From positions 1 to 57,493 of the forward strand of contig JAYZQJ010000076.1 in the NCBI GenBank assembly GCA_036149055.1: a DNA stretch of 57,493 nt, given 5' to 3'. Both the position numbers and the translations under genes were made by a program. Source of the DNA: Myxococcota bacterium (lineage in GTDB: Bacteria > Myxococcota_A > Polyangia > Polyangiales > Sandaracinaceae). A model generated the notes under the pieces. That model was not told the origin of the DNA, did no database searches, and saw nothing but the letters and a program-made list of their open reading frames with translations. Below are positions 19,294-35,225 of the stretch, in pieces; the stretch's first letter is position 1, and each line of letters begins with the position of its first letter.

Positions 19294-20154
19294 ATGTGGG
19301 AGCGAAACGCCGAGCTGACGCCGATGGAGCGCGTGTCCAGCTTTCGAAAGATCGCGCTCGGGACGTGGAGCGCGCCGCGCGACCCGCAGATCTACGGGAC
19401 CCTGAGCGTGCGCATGGAGGCCGCCCTCGCGTACATCGAGGCCTTCCGCGCCGCGACCGGGCGCCGGCTGACGGTGACCCACCTGGTGGGCAAGGCGGCG
19501 GCGCGGGCCCTCGCGGCGCTGCCCGAGGCGAACGTCGTGCTCCGGCTCGGGCGGCCGTGGCGGCGCGAGCGAGTGAGCGTCTTCTTCTCCGTCGCGACCG
19601 AGGATCCGGAGACGGGCGCGATCGACCTGAGCGGCGCGAAGCTCGAGGACGTGGACCGGACGTCGGTGGCGGACATCGTGGACGCGCTCGACGCCGAGAT
19701 CGGGCGGGTGCGCGCCGGCACGGACGCGGATCTGAAGGCCTCGCGCGACGCCTTCCGCCGGCTCCCCGCCCTCGCCTCGCGGGCGCTCCTCGACGCGATC
19801 GCCTTTGGGCTCTTCGACCTCAACCTCGACCTGCGCCGCCTCGGGCTCCCGAAGGATCCGTTCGGCTCGGTGATCGTGACGAACATCGGCTCGCTCGGGC
19901 TGACCGAGGCCTACGCGCCGCTGATGGCCTACAGCCGCACGCCGCTGCTGCTCGCGGTCGGGGCCGCGCACGACGCGCCGGTGGTGGAGGACGGAGCGCT
20001 CGCGGTCGGCAAGGTCATGCGGATCCACGCGACGCTCGACCACCGCCTCCTCGACGGAAAGCACGCCGCGGTCCTCGCGCGGGTGATCCGGGAGACGCTC
20101 GAGGATCCCTTCACGTGTCTCGGCGCGATCCCGATGGCGGAGGCCGCCGAATGA
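19294..20154 (+). CDS. Stand-alone 2-oxoacid dehydrogenase E2-type acyltransferase catalytic domain
   Basis: VTNIGSLG and catalytic DHRLLDG motifs; no lipoyl domain; RBS AGGAG. Confidence 0.85.
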   Translation: MWERNAELTPMERVSSFRKIALGTWSAPRDPQIYGTLSVRMEAALAYIEAFRAATGRRLTVTHLVGKAAARALAALPEANVVLRLGRPWRRERVSVFFSVATEDPETGAIDLSGAKLEDVDRTSVADIVDALDAEIGRVRAGTDADLKASRDAFRRLPALASRALLDAIAFGLFDLNLDLRRLGLPKDPFGSVIVTNIGSLGLTEAYAPLMAYSRTPLLLAVGAAHDAPVVEDGALAVGKVMRIHATLDHRLLDGKHAAVLARVIRETLEDPFTCLGAIPMAEAAE

Positions 20155-21368
20155 AGGCGCCGTTCGACTACTTCATCGCGCTCGACGGCCACGGCCTGAA
20201 CGGCTTCGAGGGCTACGCCGGCGTCGCCCGGCTGCGCTTCGACGGCTCGGCGTTCGACGTGAAGGTGAGCTTCTTCGACGGGCTCGCCGGGGGCCACGCC
20301 ACCCAGATCAACCCGTCCGGCACGCTCGGCTTCCTCGGCAACCTCTCGCAGACCCTCTGCTTCTACGACCCGGAGACGCTCGAGGAGGTCACCCGGGCGA
20401 GCACCCTGCGCTTCGCCGCGCCCGACACCTTCTACAGCAGCCAGACCCACGTGGTGTGGCTCGACGACCGCACGTTCCTCACCGCGCTGGGCGACGACTT
20501 CGTGCGCTTCGACGTCGACGCGCTCGACCGCCCCGAGCCCCTCGGCCCGCACCGCGTGACCCTCCCGCACGCGATGAAGCGGAGCGCGTCGGGCCGCTAC
20601 GTGTTCTACGGCGCGATGGACCACGACGCGCGCGGGCACGCCAACGAGGTCGGCGTCTTCGATCTCGAGCGGGGCGAGGCGCGGGTGGTGAAGCTGCCGG
20701 CGACCGCGTGGCACCTCGGCGTGCACCCGACGAAGGACGTCTTCTACGCGCCCACCCAGCGCTGCGTCGCCCAGGACGGCGCCTTCGCGGAGTACCTGCC
20801 GGCGCACTACAAGGACTACCTCTTCGAGATCGACGGCGCGCGCGCCGAGGTCACGCGCCACCTCACGATCCCCAAGGACGCGCCCGGCGGCGGCCTCACC
20901 TCCGACGTCGTCGTGACCGAAGATCGCGTGCTCTACAACAGCCCCTTCGGCGGCGTGCTCACGATGGTCGACCTCGAGACGTTCCGGCGGGTCGAGACGC
21001 TCGACGAGCGCGCGTCGCTGCGCGACACGATCGCCAACCTCCCGGCCGGCATCGGCAACCTCGTCGAGAGCCTCGCCCGCACCAACCTCCCGGACCACAC
21101 CCACTCGTTCGTCAAGGCCCTCCGGATGAGCCGCGGCTCGCTCCTCGACGGGAGCTACGGCCTTGCGCTGAGCCCGGACGGGACGACGCTGCTGAGCGCG
21201 CACCGCGGGCTCAACGAGGTGCGGGCCTACGACTACCCCTCGCTGCGCCTCGCGGAGCGCGTGCCGTTCCCGAGCATCCGCGCGTCGTTCCCGCAGCACA
21301 TCGGCCGGCTCGCCGACCCGCGCCTCGGCTTCCACCACAGCACGCTGGTGTCGCGCGGCCTGCGCTGA
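20151..21368 (+). CDS. Uncharacterised beta-propeller-like protein
   Basis: MKAPFDYFIALDG..., blade-like repeats (NPSGTLGFL, SASGRYVFY, HPTKDVFY, SPDGTTLL); ATGA overlap with the E2 gene. Confidence 0.75.
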   Translation: MKAPFDYFIALDGHGLNGFEGYAGVARLRFDGSAFDVKVSFFDGLAGGHATQINPSGTLGFLGNLSQTLCFYDPETLEEVTRASTLRFAAPDTFYSSQTHVVWLDDRTFLTALGDDFVRFDVDALDRPEPLGPHRVTLPHAMKRSASGRYVFYGAMDHDARGHANEVGVFDLERGEARVVKLPATAWHLGVHPTKDVFYAPTQRCVAQDGAFAEYLPAHYKDYLFEIDGARAEVTRHLTIPKDAPGGGLTSDVVVTEDRVLYNSPFGGVLTMVDLETFRRVETLDERASLRDTIANLPAGIGNLVESLARTNLPDHTHSFVKALRMSRGSLLDGSYGLALSPDGTTLLSAHRGLNEVRAYDYPSLRLAERVPFPSIRASFPQHIGRLADPRLGFHHSTLVSRGLR

Positions 21369-21370
21369 CC

Positions 21371-22210
21371 TCACCCGCTGCGAACGAGCGCCACCCCGCC
21401 GGCCACCAGCGCGGCGGCGACGAGGCGGCGGCGACCGAAGGGCTCGCGCAGCCAGAGCGCGCCGATCGCGGCCGCGAAGAGGACCGAGGTCTCGCGGAGC
21501 GCGGCCACGAGCGCGATCGGCGCGCGGGTCATCGCCCAGACCGCGACCGCGTAGCCGCCCGCCGAGAGCACGCCGGTCAGCACGCCCACCCCGCGCCGGG
21601 CCCAGACCTCCCGCGCGAGGGGGCCTCGTCGCCAGGCGAGCGCGCCGGCCGCGAAGAGCGTGCCCTGCAGCGCGACGAGTCAGACGAGGTAGCCGACCGG
21701 GGCCGCGCTCGCGCGGGCGCCGAGCCCGTCCAGCAGCGTGTAGCCGGCGATGAAGACCGCCGTGGCGAGCGCGAGGCCGAGGGGTCGCCGCGCCCCAGGC
21801 GTCTTCGGGCCCCCGCCGATCGTCAGCACGCCGCCGGCCACCAGCGCGACCCCCGCGAGCCCGGCCGGGCTCGGGCGCTCGCCCGCCGCCAGCCACGCGC
21901 CGCCCGCGACCAGCATCGGCGGCACGCCGCGCGCGATCGTGTAGACGAAGGAGAGGTCGCCGCGCCCGTAGGCCGCGACCAGCAGCGCGAAGTAAGCGAG
22001 GTGCACCGCGACCGACGCGCCGAGCCACGGCCAGCTCTCCGGCGCCGGCGCCGGCACGACGAGGGTCAGCGGCCAGCCGACCACCGCCCACACGACGCAG
22101 AGCCCGGTGGAGGCGGCGAGCGGGTCGCCCTTCCGGCTCTTGAGCATCGCGTTCCACGACGCGTGGGCCAGCGCGGCCAGGAGCACCAGGGTCAGGACGA
22201 GCGCGCTCAC
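21371..22210 (-). pseudogene. EamA/DMT transporter interrupted by an in-frame TGA at 21680-21682
   Basis: AALAHASWNAMLK, GDLSFVYTIARG, then GYLV*LVALQG continuing in frame to VAALRETSVLFAA...LREPFG. Confidence 0.85.
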
Positions 22211-22299
22211 CGCCGCACCTTACCGCGCCCGCCTTACCTCGACCTTTCGTCCCCACGGGGGGGATGGCGAGCGCCCCGAGGTCCGGTATGGCAGCGGTC

Positions 22300-23397
22300 A
22301 TGCGCACGGCCACGCTGATCGCCCTCCTCCTCACCGCTTGCGACGGGGGCGCCAGCCCCGACGCGGGCCCCGATGGGCGGCGCGACGCCGCGACCGCGAC
22401 CGACGCCGGCGCGGCCACGGACGCCTCGACCGTGCGGGACGCGGCCGCCGCCCTCGACGCCGGGGGCGACGACGACGCCGGCCTCACCGCGGACGCCGGC
22501 GCGGCGGACTCCGGCGTGTCGTCTCGCGATCCCGCCGCCGCCGGCCCGCTCGCGGTCGACGCCTCGCGCAGCGAGACCCTCGACCGGGGCGGCCGGAGCA
22601 TCCCGATCACCGTGCACATGCCGGCCGGCGACGGCCGCGTGCCGCTCGTGCTGCTCCTCCCGGGCTTCCAGGTCTCGTCTGCCCAGTACACCACCCTGGC
22701 GAACCGGGTCGCGTCCCACGGCTTCGTGGTGGTCCGCGCCGAGCCGGAGGAGGGCGGAGGCTTCGTGCCGAACCCCGACCACGTCGAGATGGCCGGCGAC
22801 GGGCGCGCGGTGATCGACTGGGCGATCGGCAACCTCGCCGGCCGGGTCGATCCCGAGCGGGTCGGCGTCATGGGCCACTCGCTGGGGGGCAAGCTCGCGT
22901 TCATGATCGCGGCCGGCGACCCGCGGGTGGACGCCATCTTCGGCGTCGACCCGGTCAACGGCGGCGGCGGGCCCGGCATGGGCTACACGACCACGCGCCC
23001 CGACATCGTGCCGGAGCTCGTCGAGCGCCTCACCGTCCCGATCGGCCTGCCCGGCGAGCTGTTCAGCAGCACCGGCGGCGGCGGCTTCTCGATGGCGTGC
23101 GCGCCGGCCGACCAGAACTACCAGACCTTCTACGACGCCGCGACCGCCTCCCCGTGGGTCGTCCAGTGGACCCTCGAGGGCGCCGACCACATGGACTTCG
23201 TCGACGACCGCGCGTCCTGCGGCACCGCCTGCTCGGTCTGCGCCGCCGGCCCCGCCGACCCCGCGACCGTGCGCGACGCCACCGCGACCCTCGCCGCCGC
23301 CTTCTTCCTCCGCTACCTCGCCAGCGACGCCGCGATGGACGCCTGGCTCACCGGCGCGAGCGTCCCCCCGATCGCCGCCGATCGGTCGATGCGCTGA
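22300..23397 (+). CDS. Lipoprotein alpha/beta hydrolase (chlorophyllase/cutinase-like)
   Basis: Lipobox LTAC; LLPGF oxyanion region; nucleophile GHSLGG; GVDPV; GADHMDF. Confidence 0.85.
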   Translation: MRTATLIALLLTACDGGASPDAGPDGRRDAATATDAGAATDASTVRDAAAALDAGGDDDAGLTADAGAADSGVSSRDPAAAGPLAVDASRSETLDRGGRSIPITVHMPAGDGRVPLVLLLPGFQVSSAQYTTLANRVASHGFVVVRAEPEEGGGFVPNPDHVEMAGDGRAVIDWAIGNLAGRVDPERVGVMGHSLGGKLAFMIAAGDPRVDAIFGVDPVNGGGGPGMGYTTTRPDIVPELVERLTVPIGLPGELFSSTGGGGFSMACAPADQNYQTFYDAATASPWVVQWTLEGADHMDFVDDRASCGTACSVCAAGPADPATVRDATATLAAAFFLRYLASDAAMDAWLTGASVPPIAADRSMR

Positions 23398-23556
23398 CGG
23401 GCGTATCGCGCTACCCCCTCCAGCGCGAGAGGACGTGTGCGCAGCCGGGGAGCCGTGCGTCGAGGGACTCTGCACCTGAGGGCGTCGCCCCCCGAGGTGA
23501 TGGCCCCAGCCGACAGTCGGGCGCGTCGCGGCGCCCGAACGGGCGGCTCGCGGCTC

Positions 23557-23571
23557 TGGCACGCCAGCTGC
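23557..23571 (+). promoter_or_regulatory. sigma54 -24/-12 promoter
   Basis: TGGCACGCCAGCTGC gives exact GG-N10-GC with TGGCACG; ~27 nt upstream of ATG 23599. Confidence 0.65.
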
Positions 23572-23598
23572 GAACACCCGCGCCCGAAAGGAGCCTGC

Positions 23599-24324
23599 AT
23601 GAGAAGACTCTTCATCACGACGACGCTGCTGGCCGCGTCCCTCGCCGTCCCGGCGCTCGCCCAGCCGCGAGGCCGCGGCGACCGCGCGGAGCGGCAGGAG
23701 GCGCGCGAGGCGAGCCGCGAGGCGCGCGCGGAGACGAGAGAGGCGCGCGCGGCCACCCGAGAGGCCCGCGGTGAAGTGCGCGAGGCCCGGCGCGAGGCGC
23801 GAGGCGAGATCCGGGAGGCGGCGCGGAGCGGCGATCGCGAGGGAGCTCGCGAGGCCCGTCAGGCGCTGCGCGAGGAGGCCGCGGAGGCGCGGGGCGAGGC
23901 GCGTGAAGAGCGACGAGAGGCCCGAGAGGCGCGCGGCGAGGCCCGAGAGGCGCGCGGCGAGGCCCGCGGGGAGCGGCGAGACGCTCGCGCAGAGCAGCGA
24001 GCGCGCCGGCTCGCGACGTTGACCCAGCGGCTCGGCCTCGAAGAGGGCGCGCGCCCGGCGCAGGCGCTGGACGCGCAGACCCGCGCCGAGCTGCGCACGC
24101 ACGCGCGCCGGGTGGCGCGCATTCGCCGGATGCGCGCGGTCGCCGAGGAGGGCGGCCGTGAGGCGCTCGTCGAGCGCATCGACGCGCTCATGACCCGCGA
24201 GAACGCACGGCACGAGCGAAGGCTCGAGCGCATCGCGGGCCACCCGCTCCAGCCGGCGGCCGCGGAGACCGACGCGCCGGACGAAGCCACGCACGAGGAC
24301 GACGAGACGGAGGGTGAGGAATGA
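23599..24324 (+). CDS. Secreted Glu/Ala/Arg-rich coiled-coil repeat protein
   Basis: Signal peptide (…AVPALA|QP), repeated EAREARG units including an exact 21-bp tandem at 23917-23958; RBS AGGAG. Confidence 0.75.
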   Translation: MRRLFITTTLLAASLAVPALAQPRGRGDRAERQEAREASREARAETREARAATREARGEVREARREARGEIREAARSGDREGAREARQALREEAAEARGEAREERREAREARGEAREARGEARGERRDARAEQRARRLATLTQRLGLEEGARPAQALDAQTRAELRTHARRVARIRRMRAVAEEGGREALVERIDALMTRENARHERRLERIAGHPLQPAAAETDAPDEATHEDDETEGEE

Positions 24325-24584
24325 GGCGACTCTGGCTGATCATGGCTCTCGCGGCTCTCGGGGCGTGCGGGGGTGAGGACACCACGGCGGACCCGCCCGA
24401 GGAGGCGCCGACCGCCGAGGTCGCCGAGCCCGAAGCCGAGGCGGAGCCGGAGGCGACGGCGCCCTCCCCCGAAGAGGTCCCGCTGCCCGAGGACTTCGAG
24501 GAGGAGGCGGCGCGCGACATCACCGCGGAGAACCTCGAGGACGAGCTCGCCGCGATGGAGGCCGAGCTGGAGTCGCCTCAGTAG
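24321..24584 (+). CDS. Small acidic lipoprotein
   Basis: Lipobox LGAC; ATGA overlap with the preceding gene. Confidence 0.75.
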   Translation: MRRLWLIMALAALGACGGEDTTADPPEEAPTAEVAEPEAEAEPEATAPSPEEVPLPEDFEEEAARDITAENLEDELAAMEAELESPQ

Positions 24585-27381
24585 AGGCAGCAGCGGAAGC
24601 CGGTGTTGGGGCCGGCGAACGTCCGGTTGGAGACCGTGAAGCTCCACTGACACGAGCGCCCGGCCTCGACGTGGTTGAACGAGCCGCCGCGGACCTCGAA
24701 GAGGTCCGTGCCGCGGCTCGTCGCCGTCCACTCCCGGACGTTCCCGCTCAGATCGTAGACGCGGCCGTCGGCGCCCCAGTCCGCGTAACACATGGGGAAG
24801 GTCGGCGAGCCGGTGCTGTAGAGGCAGTCCTGGTCGCCCGGCGTGGAGGAGTCGCAGTCGAACTCCGCGCCGTTGCACGTCAGCGGCTGGCTCATCGAGC
24901 AGCTGCCGCCGTAGCCCCAGGTGCACGAGCCGCCCGGCCCCTCGCAGGCCGACTCCCAGTCCATCGCCTCGCACAGCCGCCAGCCGCTCCCGCCCGCGCC
25001 GGGGCAGGTCCCCGAGGGGTTCAGCGCGCAGCACGCCGCCTGCGCCTCGTCCCAGGTGACGCTCGTCCACGGCCGGACGCCCGGCCGCGAGCAGGCGATC
25101 TCGGAGAGCGCGCCCGAGGTGCTCGCGGTGGCGTCGGCGCGAGACGCCTCGTACGCCATGACCTGCACGGTCACCCCGCCGCCGACGTCGACCGGCACGG
25201 TGTCGATCGCGCTCGCGTCCACGCCGTCCCGCCACGGCGTCCCGGGGTCGTCCACGACCCGCTCGTCCACGTCGCCGTCGCAGTCGTCGTCGACGCCATT
25301 GCACGCCTCGTCGGCGGGCATCCCGGCCGGCGGCGCGCTGCACTCGACGGCGTCGCCCGAGGCGTTGCAGCGGTAGCTCCCGGTCGTGCGGCAGGCCCCG
25401 AGCCCGTCGCCGCACGAGGTGCCGACGAGCGGGAAGGCCTCGTCCACGAACCCATCGCAGTCGTTGTCGAGCGTGTCGCAGCTCGACTCGGGAGTCTCGA
25501 AGGCGGCGCCGTAGACGCACCCCCACCCCGTGGCGCCACCGCAGGTCGGTGTCGTCCCCGCGCACACGCCGTTGGGGTTGCAGAAGCCGCTCGGCGGGCT
25601 GAGGGACTCGTCCGTGACGCCGTCGCAGTCGTCGTCGCGCCCGTTGCAGACCTCGGAGCCCGCGAAGCTGCAGCTGTACTCACAGCCGTTGCTCGCGCTC
25701 CCGTCGAGGTCGTGGAAGTCGGAGTCGCAGCGCCCGATCGCGCAGCTCCCGCTCGCGCAGGTGGCCGTGGCGTTCGCGAAGCTGCAGGTGTTGCCGCAGG
25801 CGCCGCAGTTCCGCACGTCGGTCGTCAGCGAGAAGCCCTCGTCGGTGGCCCCATCGCAGTCGTCGTCGACGGTGTTGCACGTCTCGGCCCCCGGCCCGGT
25901 GCCCCCCTCACAGACGAGCGTCCCGCTGCGACAGACCTGCATCCCGGCGGTGCACGCTCCGGTCGACGAGCCGCACGCGGCCCCGCCCCCCGGGTTGCCC
26001 TCGTCGACCGTGCCGTCGCAGTCGTCGTCCTGTCCGTTGCAGGCCTCCGGGCCGCCGGTGACCTCGCCCACGCAGACGAGGCTGCCGCCGCTGCACTGGA
26101 ACGAGCCCGGTGAGCAGACGCCGAGGTCCGTCCCGCAGAGGGCGCCGCCCCCGGGGTTGCCCTCGTCGGTGCTCCCGTCGCAGTCGTCGTCGGCGCCGTT
26201 GCACGTCTCGGAGCCCGGACCGACGCCGCCCATGCACACCAGCGCGCCGGCGCTGCAGGTCAACATCCCCTGCGAGCAGGCGCCGACGCTCGACCCGCAG
26301 GACGCGCCGCCTTCGGGGTTCATCTCGTCGATCGTCCCGTCGCAGTCGTCGTCGAGGTTGTTGCAGAGCTCGGCCGAGCCGGTCACCTCGCCCACGCAGA
26401 CGAGGCTGCCGCCCGTGCACTGCTCCATCCCGACCTCGCAGACGCCCGCGCTGGTGCCGCAGACGCGGCCGCCCTCGGGGTTGCCTTCGTCGGTGCTCCC
26501 GTCGCAGTCGTCGTCGGCGCCGTTGCAGAGCTCGGCGGTCGGCGTGGTCTCTCCGTCGCAGCGGAGCCGCCCCGCGTCGCACCGCGTGGTCCCCATCGCG
26601 CACGCTCCGGTGGCGCTGCCGCAGGCGACGCCGCCGCCCGGATCACCCTCGTCCACCAGGCCGTCGCAGTCGTCGTCCCGCGCGTTGCAGACCTCGTCGG
26701 CCGGCGTCGCCTGCGCGCAGGCGTACTCGCAGCCGTTGGCCGCGTCTCCGTCGAGATCCCAGAAGTCCGCCTCGCACGCCGCCAGGGCGCACGTCCCCAT
26801 GTCGCAGGCCGCCGTCGAGTGTGGCGCGTTGCAGACCCGGCCGCAGCGACCGCAGTTGACGGGATCGCCGTCGAAGTCGACGTCCTCGTCGACCACCCCG
26901 TCGCAGTCGTCGTCGCGCAGATCGCAGATCGCGTCGTCCGTCTCGACGCCGGCGCAGCGGTACTCGCAGCCGTTGTCCGGATCCCCGTCCAGGTCGTAGA
27001 AGCCGACGTCGCAGGCGCCGAGGCCACAGACGCCGGCCTCACAGACGCCGAAGGCGTGCGCGGGCAGACACACGTTGCCGCACTCTCCGCAGTGCTCCGG
27101 GTTGGCGTCGAGGTCGAAGCCCTCGTCGAAGAACCCGTCGCAGTCGTCGTCGAGGTCGTTGCACAGCTCGGCCTCCAGGCAGCCGTCCGGCAGCGCGTCG
27201 GTGGGCACGCCGGTGTCGTCGGGCGTGACGTCGCCGTCCATGCCCCCGCCGTCGAGGCGACCGGCGTCGAGGCCCATCCCCCCCTCGCTCGCGTCGAAGC
27301 AGTTGGTGCAGAAGGGGTCGACCTCGCAGCCCGCCGTGAAGGGGGCGGCGAGGAGCGCGAGGAGACAGAGCGCGCGACGCA

Positions 27382-27382
<1 letters not shown>
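24578..27382 (-). CDS. Lipoprotein with 11 MopE-type CxxxDDDCDGxxDE repeats and a C-terminal FGE-sulfatase (C-type lectin fold) domain
   Basis: Lipobox TAGC; FGE motifs WRLCEAMDWESAC, VYDLSGNVREW, RGGSF, TGFRCC; start overlaps the upstream stop (TGATG). Confidence 0.85.
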
Positions 27383-33669
<6,287 letters not shown>

Positions 33670-33717
33670 TCCTACGACCCCCGGGGTGCAAGGATACACC
33701 CCGGACGGACGGATGCT

Positions 33718-34455
33718 TCAATCGAGCCGGAAGTCGGCGAGGACCTCGAGATCCTCCGCCGGCTCGGGGGCGCCCGGGACGCGCTGGGTCTCGAGGAGCA
33801 CCACGCACGCGTCGGGGAACATCGCCTTGGCGAGGTTGCAGTTCGCCGGCTCGTTGTCGAAGAACGCGACCAGCTCGCCCACCCGGTCGAGGGTCGGCAG
33901 CGCGCCGCGCTTGAAGGCCTCGTCGTGCATGCCGGGGTCGGGCTTGAGGATCAGCTCGATGCCGGCGACGCCGATCGGGAAGCCGTCGTCCCGCAGCTTG
34001 GCGACGGTGCCCGGGAGCATGCCCGGCAGGTCGCGCCCGGTGAGGTAGCAGACGTTGGCGCCCGACTCGTAGACCGCGCGCACGTACTCGACCGCGCCGG
34101 CGAGCGGCACGTCGCACGCGATGTAGGCGTCGGTAAAGAAGCGGTCGTGCCAGAAGGTCGTGATCTCCTTGACCACGTCGCCCCGGTAGACGTTGCACTC
34201 CTTCAACGTGTCGGTCAGCAGGTAGCGGATCTTGTCGACCTCGAGGCCCAGCATCGCGTCGGCGAGCTCGGGATCCTCGTCCGCGATCTCCTCGCGATAC
34301 TCCATGAGGATCTCGAGGGTCCGCGGCCGGTTGTCGAACAAGGTCGCGTCGAGATCGAAGACGACGACCGGAGGCCTCGGGCGATCCCACGAACCGAGGC
34401 TCGCGAGGATCTGCCTCAGGACGTCGAGCTGATGTGGCAGCGGCGGCGGTCTCAA
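33718..34455 (-). CDS. HAD superfamily hydrolase/phosphatase
   Basis: Motif I VFDLDATL, motif II YLTGR, motif IV-like FFDNEPAN; TTG start with GGGAG RBS. Confidence 0.85.
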   Translation of the reverse strand: MRPPPLPHQLDVLRQILASLGSWDRPRPPVVVFDLDATLFDNRPRTLEILMEYREEIADEDPELADAMLGLEVDKIRYLLTDTLKECNVYRGDVVKEITTFWHDRFFTDAYIACDVPLAGAVEYVRAVYESGANVCYLTGRDLPGMLPGTVAKLRDDGFPIGVAGIELILKPDPGMHDEAFKRGALPTLDRVGELVAFFDNEPANCNLAKAMFPDACVVLLETQRVPGAPEPAEDLEVLADFRLD

Positions 34456-34733
34456 GAAACGGCTCCCTCGGTCGAGGATATCCGACGGAGGCCGAACGGA
34501 AAAAGCTTCGTTCGCATCGAATCCGTCGTGGGGGGGTGTTGTACCGTGAACGGGGACCTAGAGGGGACGTGTCCTCGGGGCATTGCGCCTCCGGGGTGTT
34601 CTCCCTATCATCGGTGGGCTCGCTCGGGAACCGAGCGCGCATGTCGAGCGTTGGGGAGCCTCGAGAGACGAGGAGATCGCGCGTCGATCTCCCAGGGGTA
34701 CCCATGCGCCCGACGAACCTGCAGCACCGATCC

Positions 34734-35222
34734 ATGAGCCAAGATCCTCGCGACAGCAGCCTCCCGAAACCCTCGAGGGCAGACCAGCGCAAGCTGGCGC
34801 GAGCGAGGCGGGCCGTTCAGACCATCCCGCCGATCCGCACCCGCGGGGTCCTCGTGGTGGAGGACGATCCCGATCTGCAGTGGCAGCTCGCCCGCATGCT
34901 GACGGTGCGGGGCAATCGGGTCGTCGGCACGTCGTCCGCCGAGGGCGCGCTCGAGCTGATGAAGCAGTGGCCGGTGGACCTGGTGCTCGTCGACGACGTG
35001 CTGCCGGGCATGAGCGGCATGGAGCTCGCGAAGGTCGTGCGCGACCTCTACCCCGAGACCCCGGTCGTGCTCATGCAGTCCGAGGAGACCGAGCAGTCTC
35101 GCCTGGCGGCGAAGCTCGTCGGCGCGGTCGCGGTGGTCGCCAAGCCGTTCCGCCCCGAGGCGATCGTGGAGCTCCTGCGCTCCTTCCCCAAGGGCGAGCC
35201 CGAGCTGGCCCCCGCCGAGTAG
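34734..35222 (+). CDS. Stand-alone response regulator receiver protein
   Basis: LVVEDD, phospho-acceptor LVLVDDVLPGMSG, KPF; no output domain. Confidence 0.88.
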   Translation: MSQDPRDSSLPKPSRADQRKLARARRAVQTIPPIRTRGVLVVEDDPDLQWQLARMLTVRGNRVVGTSSAEGALELMKQWPVDLVLVDDVLPGMSGMELAKVVRDLYPETPVVLMQSEETEQSRLAAKLVGAVAVVAKPFRPEAIVELLRSFPKGEPELAPAE

Positions 35223-35225
35223 CCC

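Noticed and set aside
21680..21682. Selenocysteine recoding of the in-frame TGA
   Set aside because: The position is in a TM helix of an EamA transporter where Trp fits, it is not a redox site, and no SECIS could be supported
24578..25200. C-terminal FGE/C-lectin domain as a possible diversity-generating retroelement target
   Set aside because: No reverse transcriptase and no template repeat of this 3' region seen in the window
26150..26530. Near-identical ~50-bp direct repeats and regularly spaced gtcgcagtcgtcgtc motifs resembling a CRISPR array
   Set aside because: They are in-frame codons of the DDDCDG protein repeats with degenerate third positions; no cas genes
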